A DNA stretch of 64,000 nucleotides from Anthoceros angustus. Lineage: Eukaryota > Plantae > Anthocerotophyta. Below, one piece after another: positions 1 to 13,130 of this stretch. Position 1 is the stretch's first letter. Every line of letters starts with the position of its first letter. Position numbers and translations under genes: made by a program. Under the pieces are notes generated by a model. That model had not been told where the DNA came from, ran no database searches, and saw nothing but the letters and a program-made list of their open reading frames with translations. Location of the stretch: NCBI GenBank assembly GCA_010909165.1, contig VJWM01000063.1:1736001-1800000 (forward strand), read 5' to 3'.

Positions 1-1299
1 AATGGGCGAGATCAAAAGACAAGGTGGGATCGGGTACACGGCCCTTGTACCGTGAGTCGAGGTTGGGAATCAATCCGTTAAGATCCGATCCCTAGTTCCG
101 AGTTGACTCCTGTCCTTCCTCGTCCAAAGTGTGATCTCCGCCCGTGCTCTCCTCGTAACTCTCAATCTTTCGCGCTTGGCGTTGCTTAGCGTTTCCCGAT
201 CGGATCGAATCGCTTGTCTCCACCCGAGGCATCCATCAATCTAGTAATGCTAGACTCTACGTAAGCTAGTTAGTCCTTCCTCGTCCTTGGATTCCATTCC
301 CGGCGCGCCAAAATGTGGAGTGTGGATTCGTGTCCGGACACGTGAGGTCCACATTCACCCTCAATGTCGTTGTAGGCTTAGGATTCGCTCCCAAGGGAAT
401 GGTTTGTGCCGAGGCGCTAACTATCTCGCCCTTCACCTAAGTCAAGACTTACTGTACTCCTCTTACCTACTCAACCACTACTACCCCTTGTCTAGCCACC
501 ACGGCTCTTATTCCACGACCGCAAATCTCATTCCACGCGGTGCTCTCACCGGTAGTTGCTTACCAGGTGGGTCCCACACCCAAACCCTAGCGACTTATTT
601 CCGGGCGCGCGCGCGCGGATCCGCCACGGCGTCACCGTACGGATCGGACTCTGCACTCCACTTCATGCACACACACACACCGATTCCTAGGGACCTAAAT
701 TCCACAAATCCTCACGCTCCACACACACACACAAAAGGCGCCACACTCACACAACTTTATACAAGGGCTGCCCCCCTTGACACCGGTTTGGTTTCTTTTG
801 GATTCACACAATTCTCCGCTAGCCTCTCAATTAGTTCCTTCTCAACCTCTCACACCTCGCGCCAGCGTCTGATGTTTAGTCACTCCTTCACCCAATCTTC
901 TCTCTCTCTCTCTCCCTCAACTCGCGGGCTTCCAACCATCCACTCAACACTTCTCTTAATTGAACACAACTAGCGGGGACAAGTGTGAAGGAAAAAAGAA
1001 CCCCGGCGTCCAGGCGGGCGTTCTGAGCAAGCTCCGGACCGCCAATCCCTTGGTTTCCTCCTCCTTTGTCGGCAAGATTGCTTTCACCCCTCCTCCCCGG
1101 TGCGGAGCAAGCTCGACCACCCCTAGGGCGTCGCGCACCACCTCTGTCAATCGGACGTCTCCAACCAGCCCGCAGGCGTGGGGATCTCAACCGAGTGCTC
1201 GGCGTGAGGGACCTATTCGCCCCTCTTATACATCGTGGGGCACCACCGATTTTAGGTCCTAAGATGGCTATCGCGAAGGGCGCCCACAATTCGGGCGAT

Positions 1300-2790
1300 C
1301 CTAGGTCGATGCGGCATCCTAACCAAATTATCTTTAGGTTGCTACCTCGACCTCGCTGTCTGCCTACCTCGACTTGGCGTCGGCCTCGTCCTCCATTGCT
1401 GCCACGAGCTCTCACCTTGCCGTGGTCGGACGGGTTCTCCCACTACTTCCACCTCACATCGCTGCTGGCGTCCGAATTTGAGGTGTACCACCACCCTGGG
1501 CTTCCGCATCTTCCGGCCGCCTTTGAGGATTATTCGGCTCCTCGTCCACCCAAGCTGGACCTCCTCCTCGCTCAACTCCTCCAAAGTCGCCTCCGCATAA
1601 TGAGCCAACCCCACAGGCGCGATGGTAGAAGTATGCCGGGTCCTCACTTGCAGTGGTAGGCCACATCCCTCCTATTTCCACACGCACATGGGCGGTGAGG
1701 TTAAGCGTTCTCCATTCACATATAGACCGAGGCACATAAGTTTCCTCATCCATGTGCCGTAATATAATAGGACCCTCTGCGGTGAGGTGCTTACCCCTCC
1801 TCCCGTAGGCTACACACAGTTGCACGGCCTATGTCCTCGCGAGGCGCCACGTCGCATCCTGTCGCCCGCCACCTCCGGGTTGGTTGCGCCAATGTCGGTA
1901 GTTTCGACTACGCGTAGTGGACTCCACGGCCGTCGTTCGTTCAACCGTAGGTGAGGTTTCGGCTACCTCGGTTCTTCCTTCCTCGGTAGGCCCTTCCGCT
2001 ACTTATCGTGGTCCCGCTACCCCCTTCCCCTTCCCTTTGTCTTTTACGGCGACGTGCCTCATCCGCTCCCTCTTATATCGCTCAGCTTATGGGCCTTTTC
2101 CAGGAGGCCGCTTCACGCTCCCGGGCTCAACAACTCCCCAGCATCTCTGGTTCGTCTGTGGGCATCCTTAATTTGAGCCATGAGTGCTTCCTGGCTCGTC
2201 ATGGCTTGCAACTTCTCACAGGCCTGCACAAATCTTCTTGAATCTTGGCCCTTATTTCCTCTAGGTTCCGCTTGTCTTCCTCCAGTTGCTTGGCCTCCTC
2301 TTCGTCAAACACGGCCTTCACCACTTCCTCCGTCGCCGAGCCCGGTGAGAGCTAAAGCGCTTGATCCAACAAATGCTTGGGATCATCGGCGTGGTCGGCT
2401 CCGCAAGTCCACTTGTGGCGGCCCCACGCCCGACGCCATCCCTCTCGAGAACTTTCCTCCCCGGTGCGCACCCTCACCAATTTTGCATCCACCTCTGCGG
2501 AGTCCCCTTGAAAATCTCTTCCCATCTTTGAGGAGGGTCCGCCTCGAGGTCGACCCTAAACCCTCGGAGTTGATTCATCATCGCATCCAGTCGCAAAATT
2601 GTCCTCGGATTCCTCTTCCACCTCCAAGCTGTTTGGCTTTCATTTCTGTAGCCTTGGCGTTTTTGACACAGTGGCCGCGCATCCTCTCACCTTTTTGATG
2701 GCCTTTCACCCCGGTCTTCCTCCTTTTCTTTGGTGGGCCTTCTCCTCCTCCAGGCCTGCCACCGACTCCCGGCTATCCGATTTTTCCTCC
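1300..2790 (+). mobile_element. Decayed Ty1/copia LTR-retrotransposon fragment (gag, protease, GAG-pre-integrase, integrase remnants)
   Basis: Motifs appear in copia order across frameshifts: gag-like LPHLPAAFEDY..LDLLLAQLLQSRLR, protease-like VDSTAV (~1918), NAWDHRRGRL (cf. LWHxRLGH), LIHHRIQSQNCPRIP (cf. HGIxHQxSCPxTP) and GLPPFLWWA (cf. GLPxxLWxEA). No RT core or LTR pair was found. Confidence 0.5.
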
Positions 2791-4019
2791 TTGGGCTCCT
2801 CCGCCTTCCATTTCACCTCCCTAAGCTTCCACATGTGGAGGAGGCTACAATCTCCACCTCAGCGAGTTAGCGTAAACATAAAGATGGACGAAATGGTGAG
2901 ATTAGAGAGGGCGAGGAGAAATCAAGTTCAACCTCTCTTCACACAACTTGTCAAAGAATTACTAATCGATCTTTTGACCACTTCATGAAGGAAGCAGAGT
3001 GGTCGGACAAATAATCACACTTCTTGTCTGCGGAAACATAGGAACCATGGCGGACCCATCAAGCTGTTGCCAAATCCCTCGTCAACCCGTTGGGTTCATC
3101 GCCCGCTTTAACGGGCGGCTGCTTCGTGCTTCTTTTCTGGGCGGCTCCATCACCAACCCGCCCGCCTCCTCCTTGCGCCCATACACCCTTCTAACCTCCG
3201 GTCCCAATCCTGGCCCGCTCTAAATCCCCGCTTTGTGTCTGTCCTTGTGTGGCCTCCACGCACAGTCCAGTTCATGTAATTCCACCGCTCTTCCATGAAA
3301 CCCGGCTTGACTCCACGCTCCCAGCTCGAACTTTCCAATGATCCATGTTCGGCCATTGGGCAAGCACAATTTGGTGGTGACCTTGGGCGCCATCCCTCTC
3401 ACGGTCTTCACGGTCTCGCGCCACAAACCGCGCCACCTGCTGCGAATTTCAAGGTCGGTCTCGAGTTCCTACCTCCTCGGCAAGGAGCGCTGTCACGCGC
3501 CTTCCTCCTCTGCGTCGCGCCTCGCCGGTGGGGTTGAGCTCCTTCCCGTCGTTGCCTCGCGCCTCCTGCGATCACGGTGCCCCGGAGACCTCGACCCGTC
3601 GGCCCCGTCGTCGCTCACTCGCTCTCGTCCGGCCGTTGCGCTCCGTTGTTTGAGCAGGATTACATCATTTCCTAGGGTTAAGTTTCCCGGGTTCCCCTAC
3701 TCTGTTACCTCTCGACCGCTTCCACATCCCAATCCACAACCCCACACTCATTCATACCGCGTGTCGACCCCAACTTATAGACTCTAATTATTCCAAACCC
3801 CCTATCTCACATATATAGACTTTTTAGGGAACATTAGTCCATGGGCCAAGGAACACCAAATTCCGGACCATTTATTTCTAACCTAGGCAATAAAACAAAA
3901 AGAACTCCATAGGCCAAGGACATTTTACTATGAATATCCCCTACCGTCGACTTATTTTCCACACCACTCGGCCAAAAAAAACAAAAATTCGCCGGGCACA
4001 TTTTACTTGAGGGTTTGAG

Positions 4020-4340
4020 GCTGGTCGTTTACCTTGACCAATAGCGCGTGAACAGCCAGCAGCCTGGGGCTTCATTCCCGGATGAATAAGCTTCTTTATC
4101 ACCCCTACTTGAGCACTTTGCCCCTCTCACGTCCGCCCCACATCAAAGCAGGCTGCTAACGCTGCGCACTTCGCTCGGTCGATTACGGGCCTCTACCCGA
4201 GTTCCGACTTGATGTAGCGCCAGCCTCATGCGTCGTTCGCGACGGCGCCATTCTCTCGGATAGCCTTGACCATGGTTCCACGATTTACAAAACTTGTCGC
4301 CGTGCTTGGAGTGCAGCGTATCTGAACTTCCCCTCCTTGC
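4020..4340 (-). pseudogene. N-terminal fragment of IS3EU-like DDE transposase (copy A)
   Basis: Minus frame TMVKAIRENGAVANDA*GWRYIKSELG*RPVIDRAKCAALAACFD resembles the VxxI...GxRxIxxxL...VxRxxVxxxLxxxD segment that precedes the catalytic core. It lies in the position equivalent to the copy B transposase. Confidence 0.4.
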
Positions 4341-4769
4341 GCGCCGCCTCCGGGCCTCCCCTCCCCCCCCCCCCAACCTCCCAGCGCTCACGCTCACCCG
4401 CGCCGCCTCACCCGCAGCACCGCCCAGCCACCCTTTTCCTTGCCCTTTTACTGCTGCCTCTTCGGCCCCGTTCCACCTTGTGCCCGGACACGGCCCCGCT
4501 TAACCCTTGCCGGCGCCCGCTCCGCACCGGCCCCGCTCCCGCTCCCAGGCCCCCTCCCGGGCGTCACCGTCCGCCCCGGCCGACCCTTGACCAGCAAGCC
4601 CGCCATGCCAGCCGCCCAGCCGCCCGCCCCCTTGTGCCTTGCCGCCGCCCGCCCGCCGCCGCCGCCGCCCAGCCCCGCCACCGCCGCGCCCGCGTCACGC
4701 CCGGCCAGCAGCGGCTGGCGGCCAGGCGCCGCAGCTCTAGCATGTTCGCTCCTCTGCGGCCAAAACACG

Positions 4770-5960
4770 GCGGTGGTCGAGAAGATGCCGTAACTTCCTT
4801 GTTGTCTTGGTGGCGGATAGGAGGAAATTTGCCTCCATGGGTACAATACTGGCCTCGAGTAAAAGCCATGCATGCCCAAAAGCTGAGAACATTTGTGACA
4901 ACGAGGCGTGGCACATTTAGAAAAGGGACGTGGGCACCCATCACCCATACATGACCTCGTAATTTCCTACAATTGACAAGTAGGCTACGGCATGCCATAC
5001 AGCATGTGTTGTGAAATGGCGGTGACCACCCTCGCGCACATAGTGTCTCGGAGTCATACAAGGGAGTAGCAATGTCCATTGCGCGTCATGGCGTGGGAAG
5101 CTGGCTGCCGTCTTCAATGGCACTTGGAACACCATAATTGGCGCCCTGCCAAAATACCGCGTCCACGTTATGAAGGTGAAAAGTTTAGCTCTCTGCAAAA
5201 AGCCTCACGCGTGCCGCCACGAACATGGTCTTCAACTCCTCACGGCATGCCTCAAAAGTAATGGCGTTGATGAAGTCATCCGCCACTGCATCCTTGGTAG
5301 GAGAAAAAAAACTAACCACTTGAGACAACGTGTTCTGTGAGGCGCCCTCGCGTCAAGCTACTTTGAACCCATCCCCAACAAGCCCTCCAACATGCAAGCA
5401 CTTTTTAAATAAAACTCCTCCGTGACCTTTCACCAAGCTCACCTCCATGCCAGTCCTGCCACCTTTAAGTCGTGCAAAATGTCCAAAAACTCCGGATCCC
5501 TAACGGTGATGAGGCAAGCCTCCTTGATGGGGCATGTTGTGGTCGGCCTGTACGCCGCCTTTTTGAGCATCGATATCACACCCATCAAGCCGGGGTAACA
5601 AGCTTTCATCAGCGCCAGATGCTTTTTTCATGGCCGACCCTGCATCTTGCCACACCTTGTAGCAGCCCACACGGCTCCCAAGGCGCGTGTCAGTCATGGG
5701 CATGACACCGTGCAAGCACCATGTACACGAGGTAGCCAAAGAAGCGGGCCTTCAAATCAAGGGAGGTGCGTTAGAATGAAAGGATGGCATGCGGAAATAG
5801 GGAAGGTTGATGGTTACCATGAACATTACACACAAAGCCTTACCAGTTCGCTCAAGCGACATGGACTTCCCCTTCTTGATGACTGCGTCTGCCGGGATGG
5901 TCCCTTGCCTCGAACACGCAGTTCATGAACATGGGATTACGCGGTGTGCCGCCATGCCTC
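4770..5960 (-). pseudogene. Crypton/DUF3504-like tyrosine recombinase remnant (copy A)
   Basis: Motifs in order: CYPGLMGVISMLKK, VRDPEFLDILHDLK, VLFK..MLG-like, LTRGRLTEHV (cf. LRGxxEH), GGHRHFTTHAVW (cf. AGxxxFTNHSLR), SAFGHAW. Intron 5750-5843 has GTAAGG, CTAAC and AG. Many frameshifts. Confidence 0.55.
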
Positions 5961-7049
5961 CCGTCGTCGGTCGGGCCACCCGCGTCCGTCGCCTCGGGCA
6001 AAGAACCCCCATGCCCTGCAGTACTGCGCCGAGCGGGAAGGCAGTTGTCGCCATGCTCTCCAGGCAGTTCATCGATGCGCCGCACTCACTTCCGGCCTCC
6101 ACTGCGACCTCCGGTCAAAGTAGCCGTGCTTGGCGAACAGGCATGGCATATGAGCCGAAATGCGCGGCTCTTACCTTCAACCGATGCGCCTCTTACAAAG
6201 CGTCTGCTTTTGGATAGGTTGGGCGTCTTTGTATGTTGACCGCGCATAAGCGTTGTTGCATCGTGGGCCTCTTGCGCCACTTCGGTGAGGGCTTCAAACT
6301 CTTGCTCACATGCTTGGCGCTCCTTTCCGACTGGCGGACTCTACCCAATCGCGGTGACGTATCGTGTAGGCGTAGCAACTCCTCTTCGTCAAGGGAGTGG
6401 CGGAGGTTGGTAGAGAAAGTCTCTCCGGCAAGTCTTGAGCTCCTATGCCCAGGTCCAGGCCGGGTCTATGTCTTGGCGGCAAGGGAGCCTCGCGTGAGGC
6501 GATGTCCGGGTCGGCTATGAAGCTCTCTATTGTCCGACATCGTAAAGCTCCAACCCGGCTGCCAAACACATCGCACCAATCCTCCGTGTCTATCATGTGC
6601 CTTTCTCCATGTCAGCGTGGGCGTCCGTCAACAACTGCGTGGTCCGGATTCCCACCTTGGCGGCACTCCCATCTTCGCCTCCCGAGATGGCGAAGAACAT
6701 TTCGCCTCTCGAGCATTCCGTTTCACGCGCGGAAGATGGGTGGCGACTTTCTTCGCATCCTCCGGGATAGCAAGCGGCCATGCCGCCACAAGCGCTCGTG
6801 CGTCGGGCAATGGGCCGTGAAAAGGCGGCGTTCACGTTCCGCTGCGGTGTTGGGGTGACGCTCGCACACCCGGCGGGGCGTCGCCGTCCTTTCTTCCGCG
6901 CTCATTTCCGTACCTGCCCTCCCGCAATGCATTGAGAGCCCCAGTCCGTGATGGCCCTTGATGCCACAGTCGGCGGTACAGCGTCCGCATCCCGAACCAT
7001 GTCGCTCCACCGTGACACCGTCCCGTCCGCATCCTCTTCCGGCGCACCC

Positions 7050-7900
7050 TCTTACGTCTTCCAACTTTTTTGGCGGTAGTTACGGAGCATATGCGTCATC
7101 GGGATCACGGGATCCCACATATAACGGCGCACCACAAAGCGTTAGCGCTCTCGGATGCGGTCTTTGCTGGAGGGAAGAGGTGGCTCGTGCAGCGAGGGGC
7201 GGTCGGTGCTGCGCTTGCACCTTCGATTTATTTCGATGAAGCGGCGGGGCCCAAAAGCGGGCAGGCGGAAGAGCGCCACAGTCGGCGGCGGCGACCGGTG
7301 CGAGCTCGGTGAACCATCGCCACCTCGCCCCCCACGGGCATGGCGGTAGGGGCGTGCAACTCGGCGGTGCAATCCGCACTCAATCCGCACGACAAACCGC
7401 CTCTCCCCATCACGCTTGTCCTAAGTGGATGCCCTCGTATGCGATTACGTGATCTTCAACTTCTTCATGTGCGCGACCATGCGCGCTTGAGCGCCATCCC
7501 CTTTCCCGTCTCCCACGCTGAGACCATTATCGGGTGATTGACGTTGTGTCGGGGAATGTTTCAATCGCCCGCGCGGACCGTTGCCTCTTAGGCGCACTTG
7601 GGCGAAGTGCGTTCCGCGCTTCCCTGAGAGGTTCCTACCGCGCCCTTGGGAAGTAGGCCTTGTGGCTACTTGGCCGGAGGACCGCCGCCGGCGGCGGGTG
7701 TCACGCACACCCGCGGGCCCTGCTGCGTTCCACGTCTAGCGCAAGTCTGCGAGGCCGTCGAAGAAGCACAGGCACGAAGGTGGGCGTCCTTCCGATGGGG
7801 GTTACATTGGAAAACATTGTCATCGTCATCGTCGTGTACCCAATCCTCCAAGATATGTCACCGCAATCGTACTCATTCAACTGCGCGCTCGGGCCTTTCG
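7050..7900 (-). pseudogene. Unknown element-borne ORF remnant upstream of the recombinase (copy A)
   Basis: The peptides HMKKLKIT, ADCTAELHAPTAMPVG and EDWVHDDDDDNVFQCNP are conserved with copy B (24300-25150). Confidence 0.35.
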
Positions 7901-9099
7901 TCGGTGGCCATGCCTACGGTCACGGGCGGATCGCGGTGAGAGATGTCGCTGTGAACCGGCTCGAGGAGTGATGTCTGCGGACATCGGCGAGAAGAAAGCC
8001 AGCGATCGTCGGATGTCACATATCAATTGCAATAACCCTCCGGGCTGATCGATCGCGTTCCCGCCTCAACCTCCTCCACCTTGAGAGGTCCGGGCCATTA
8101 CTATGTGCAATCGCCCCCAAAACTTATCATCCGCTCTTTGCGAGACATAATTGGATGCTGTATATCTTTGCATGGGAACATGTGCCCGTTATTATGCGGG
8201 AGGCGGGGCGCTTGCCGCCCTCTCCAAGCAGCGCGGCGGGGGCTGGCGGGATGTCGCCATTAAGTGCGATAAGAGCGTGAAGGCGGCATGTCGATTGAAG
8301 ATAAACGCTATGAACGCGTGGGAAAGCGCCCCTCACGCATGCGGGCGCGGTAAGGAAGGGTTGATGGGCACGCCAGGCGAGAGACATTACGCAATGGGCG
8401 GAGGCTCCATATCGCGCGCTCCGTGGTTCGCAAAAGGTTCCGGATGTCTTATGCATTTTGCACACGCAATGCAAAGAAAGAAGGCCGCCCATGGAAGTGA
8501 CCAGCCACGATGTGGCGAAGTCAAGGCCGCCATTTAAATCCTCAAATGCAGAAATGCCATTTGTCCTGTGCACATACACACACGACGCATGCATTTATAC
8601 CGATTTAGTCCACGGCCTTGACACAAATGCCGGCTTCAATTTTGTAACTCATTATCACCAGCGGACATGGCAAATTTGTCGGATTTTCATGTTCGCGGCC
8701 TTCGACACATAGGAGGCGGGTGAAGCGGTGGCGATTTACTCACCATCCTTGGGTTTTGGTGTACCATGAAAATGGACTTTGTACATGCGATGAGACAATG
8801 AAAACAAAGCCACCCTCAAAACTAGCCTACGAAATGAACTAACAACTCACGGAGAAAGAAGAACAAGTGTTTCATGCGAGTATAGAAGAGGAAGCATAGC
8901 AACCGAGAGAAAGAAGGATGGGAAGAACATTCAATTCTTTGCGATTAGCGTGGAAGGAGAAAGTTTGGATAGCAACGAAAAATATACTGCATCCTGGACA
9001 TGGCGGAGAACAAGTTACATAGTGAAGGGAGTTTCCACGTGCTAGAACACAATGTTAGAGGAGGGAACTATTGGAAAACACATTGTGCAGCATAATGAT

Positions 9100-10560
9100 G
9101 GGATTTCACCTATCGGCTGCATATATAGACATGTAGTTTGATTATGCCTATATGTCTATTTATGTCTCCATTCCTGCCGATATAGACATGTATGACATAT
9201 AAGTTAATATCCTTGGCATATGGCGAAGAAACATTGTACAGGATGATGCGAAAGAAAACCATGGGAGAAGGAAAGAGGAGGGGAAATTGGAAAACAACCT
9301 CTGCAACAGCATGTTTGTTTCTCCCCGTACTCCTGCATATATAGCCATATGTTTCATATACATTATTCTGTGTATATTGCATATATGTGTACATATATTT
9401 TTTTTTTCTTGACTTATTCAAATAGCTCCTTGGCCTTTGGTGGAAGGGACATTGCATGCATTGGTTTTTGGAAGGGAGGTGAAGAATGAATGTCTATATA
9501 TGCAGGAGGGAAGTAAAATTCGAACATGGTGGTCCACAAGTTTGGGTCCATTTTTCTCTCCTCTATCCACATTCAATTGTTCCATGCACCATGGGCAAAG
9601 TTCCTTGGCCCATGGCGAAGGAACTTTTTCCAGCGTGCATGTAGAAGATTGCCTCCTTTTATTCCCCTCTCCGTCGTTCCGCTATGACAATTTTTTCTCA
9701 TGAATTATTCAAAAACCTCCTTGGCCTTTGGTGGAAGGGACATTGGATGCCATGGTTTTTGGAAGTGAGGTGAAGAATGAATGTCTATATATGCAGGAGA
9801 GTAAAATTCCAACATGGTGGTCCACAAGTTTGGGTCCATTATTTCCCTCCTCTACCTGTAGGCACATTGCAAATTGTTCCATGCCATGGACAAAGTTCCT
9901 TGGCCCAAAGGAACTTTTCCAGTGCATGGAAAGATTGCCTCCTTTTATTCCCATCTCCGTCGTTCCGTATGACAATTTTTTCACATGAATTATTCAAAAC
10001 CTCCTTGGCCTTTGGTACAAGGGACCTTTGCATGCCATGGTTTTGGAAGTGAGGTGAAGAATGAATGTCTATATGTGGGAGAAAATAAAATTCAACATGG
10101 TGGTCCACAAGTTTGGGTCCATTATTTCCCTCCTCTACGTAGGCACATTGCAAATTGTTCCATGCACCATGGACAAAGTTCCTTGGCCCATGGCGAAGGA
10201 ACTTTTCCAGTGCATGGAAAAGCTTCTCCTTTTATTCCCCTCTCCGTTCTAATATGACAATTTTTTTGCCATGGTTTTGAAAGTGAGGTGAAGAATGAGT
10301 CTTATGCGGATGATCGTGAAATTGAAATTATGCTGGTGGTCATGTTGTTGGTTCTGTTGTTCCCTCCATCGTTGGCACATGGCAAGTTGTTCCATGCAGC
10401 TTGGACAAATGTTATTGGCCTATGGCGAAGGAACCTTGGCCAGGATGCATGGAACAACTTGCCACCCTTTTTTCCCTTCTCTTTCAGCCGCATATGACTT
10501 TTTTTTCCCATGAACCATTGAAAAAGCTCCTGGGCCTTTGGTAGAAGTGACACTGCATGC
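9100..10560. repeat. ~290-bp internal repeat array (about 4 direct units from ~9424 plus a diverged inverted unit at ~9100-9400)
   Basis: Units begin CTCCTTGGCCTTTGGT at ~9425, ~9717, ~10001 and ~10527. The region 9100-9400 matches the unit on the minus strand. Confidence 0.85.
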
Positions 10561-10699
10561 CTTAGGCTTTCAAAGCGAGGGGGATCTGCAATGCATTAGT
10601 CTTTGAAAGAGAGGGGGGTCGGGTGGCGTATAAAGCACGTAGAATAGCCAGATTGTATGCGGGAACAGTAACCTAGCGCCCAAAGTCGTTGGCCACGTA

Positions 10700-11310
10700 C
10701 ATGGCGATTTGTTGTCATGGTTGTGCAGAACCACTGACAAGCGGCATGGGCGTCGGACACCGTCCGTCCGTGGGTTCCACTCCGGTGAGCGTTGGGATGC
10801 CGGTCCGTCATGCGAGATGGGAAGAACGGACTTGACATACCAAGGGCAAGGCGGAGGAAGCGGGCGAAGAATGGCGGGGCGGAACATCGAATGCGACCGA
10901 CGGCGGGTGCATAAAGCGGGTGGTTGCCGCTGTGCCACCGGTGTTGTTCGAGGAATGGTGTGGAGGTGATTGCGTGCGATGGACACCTCCGTTTCTCTCT
11001 ACAGGGTGTAGGTGCGGAACCGCGGTGGATGACGAACAACTGCCGTGTGAAGGATGGAGAGGGAAGGAGGCGAGAGTCAGTGCGTGCTCTGGCTGATGGC
11101 CGGGACGACAATGGGGCCTGCTTTTCGCATGCACATCCTTGGAATGGAGGCGGAGGAGTTTGCCATGGTGGCTAGTGGAAACCGAGGAGGTGGTGCGGAA
11201 GGTCAAGGGAGGACTTACGGTTAACATCACAACACTACCGCAGAAGGACGGTTGTCGTCGTGCAGTGCCGTCTTTAGAGGAGGTGAAGCTCCGGTGGGAC
11301 AAAGGGAAAG
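10700..11310 (+). pseudogene. RPA70-like ssDNA-binding OB-fold remnant (copy A)
   Basis: WCGGDC...GCRCGTAVDDEQLPC (zinc ribbon), VRALADG, HILGMEAEEF and EEVVRKVK. Homologous to 27720-28350 and 29550-30200. Confidence 0.45.
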
Positions 11311-11989
11311 GAATCGGGGGACGGGGCCCAGCGGGGATGGCCGTTGTGGAAGGCGGAGGAGGAGGCGGGGAGTGGCATGGATGATGGGAGGGCGGTGCAT
11401 GCGGTGTCGAGTGCGGCGAGGAAGGGTCTAGCAGGACCATTTTGTTTCTTGTTGCTATTTTTGCTTGCTATGCGATCGATTATGAGCTTGCCATGGTGTG
11501 CATTAGTGGCAATGGTAGTAATCTTGGCGGTGGCGGCCTTTTGTTGTGTGGGAGACGGTGACCCGGTGGCGTCATTATATGCAATTGGTGAAACCCCCAT
11601 AAAATGATTACGAAGTGATGTGTTAGGCGGTCCGATACGCTCCACTGCAGTGTCATGTGAAGGAAAGGGGTTGGCGGTTAAGGACACGAACACAAGGAGG
11701 GCCAAAAGGGTTGACAAATCGCTAGTGCATAAAATGTCATGGTTGCCATGCGGGTTAGTCGAGCGGGGTGACGACAATTAAGTTCATGACAGGCGAGTGG
11801 CGAGCCGCGCGACACAGCTGAGATGCCAATTGCGTCTTGGCATGCGAGAAAATTCGCGGTCCCGTCAGGCCCGTCGAGCACGCGTTATGGCCGAGGCGTC
11901 GCCACAGCGGAGGAGGCGGCCATCAAGGCCGGCGCAATTGGAAACAACGGGCGCAAAGGCGGTGGCGGGGCGGGGAGTAAAGGAGGTCG

Positions 11990-13130
11990 GTGAAGGAGGC
12001 GAGGAGTGATGGAAAGGAGGCGCGTGGCGGGAAGCGGCGGCGGAGGCCGGCGACGCATGGTGCCGTGCTAGTCGGCAGCGAGGCAATAACCACTCTTCCA
12101 TGGCGGGCGGCGGCGGGCGGGGAGAAGGGAAGCGAGGAGAGCGTCCCTCCCCCCATGGCCAGCGGAGGCGGCGGCGCGGCAGGGGCCACAGGCGGGGAGG
12201 GCACTGCCTCCCCATGGAGAAAGGCGGGCGGGGATGGCGGCGCCTCCCGGCGATGGAATGGCGGCTGCAGGCCGGCGCGGGCGCGGGGGAGGCGACGCCT
12301 CCCCATGTCCATAGAGCAGGGAGGCGGGGAGGCGAGTCGCCCTCGAGAAAGGGGGCAGGCCTCCCGGCGATGGAGGCGCAGCTGGCGTGCCAGCGCGGGG
12401 GGAGCTGCCTCCCCATGGAGAAGGGGCGGCGGGCGCCTCCCAGCGATGGGCGGCAGCCAGCGGCTGAGGGCGGCGGCGCGGGGAGGCGATGCCTCCCCAT
12501 GGCATGGAGAGGCGAGGCGGGGAGGCGGCCCGCCTCGGAAGGGGCGGGCCTCCCCGAGAGCGGCGGGCGCGTGGCGAGGCCTCCCCATGGAGAAGGATGG
12601 GCGGGGGCGGCGCCTCCCGGCGATGCAGCGGCGGTGCGGAGGCTGCCTCCCCATGGCGGGCGGGCGGGGAGGGCAAAGGCGCCTCGCCCTCCAAGGCAGG
12701 GGCCGCATGGCCTCCCCACGCGATGGCGGCGGGGCAGGCGGCGGAGGCGGGCGGGGAGGCTGCTGCCTCCCCATGGAGAGGGGCGGGCGGGCGGGCGCCT
12801 CCCCACAGAGATGGGCGGCGGCAGCAGGGCAGCCCCAGCGTGGCGCGGGCGGGGAGGGCACTGCCTCCCCATGGCGATGGGCGGAGGCGGGGGAGGCGCC
12901 TCAGCCCTCGAAGGAAGGGGCGCATGGCCTCCCCCGATGGAGGCGGCGGGGCGTGAGGCGGCGGAGGCGCGAGGCGGGGAGGCGGGCCTCCCCATGAAGC
13001 GATGGGCGAAGCGTGGAGGCGAGCGCCTCCCCTCGAGAAGGGGGCCGTGGCCTCCCCTCGGCGATGGCGGTGGCGGAGCGAAGCGTGGCGCGGGCGGGGA
13101 GGCGGTCGCCTCCCCATGGTGATGGACGTG
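11990..13130. repeat. GC-rich minisatellite of GGGGAGG-N5-6-CCTCCCC-ATGG hairpin units (copy A)
   Basis: About 10 CCTCCCCATG motifs alternate with CCTCCC(G/A)GCGATGG. The array causes stop-free ORFs in all frames. Confidence 0.85.

Noticed and set aside
1-1000. LTR of the copia element
   Set aside because: It is microsatellite-rich and LTR-like in composition, but no second copy, TG..CA ends, PBS or PPT could be identified.
2880-3790. Copia RT/RNase H continuation
   Set aside because: No YVDD-type RT or KSTSG/EAEY RNase H motifs could be read, so it is left unassigned.
4750-8050. hAT or piggyBac transposase assignment for the minus-strand remnants (also 21880-25700)
   Set aside because: Isolated look-alike motifs (PPRWES, CARGWS, DNKEV) have the wrong spacing and no consistent DDE/DDD triad, whereas five motifs fit the DUF3504 tyrosine-recombinase order.
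9424-10560. CRISPR-like array (also 46820-47450 and 55781-55940)
   Set aside because: The units are whole tandem repeats without unique spacers, the context is eukaryotic, and no cas genes are present.
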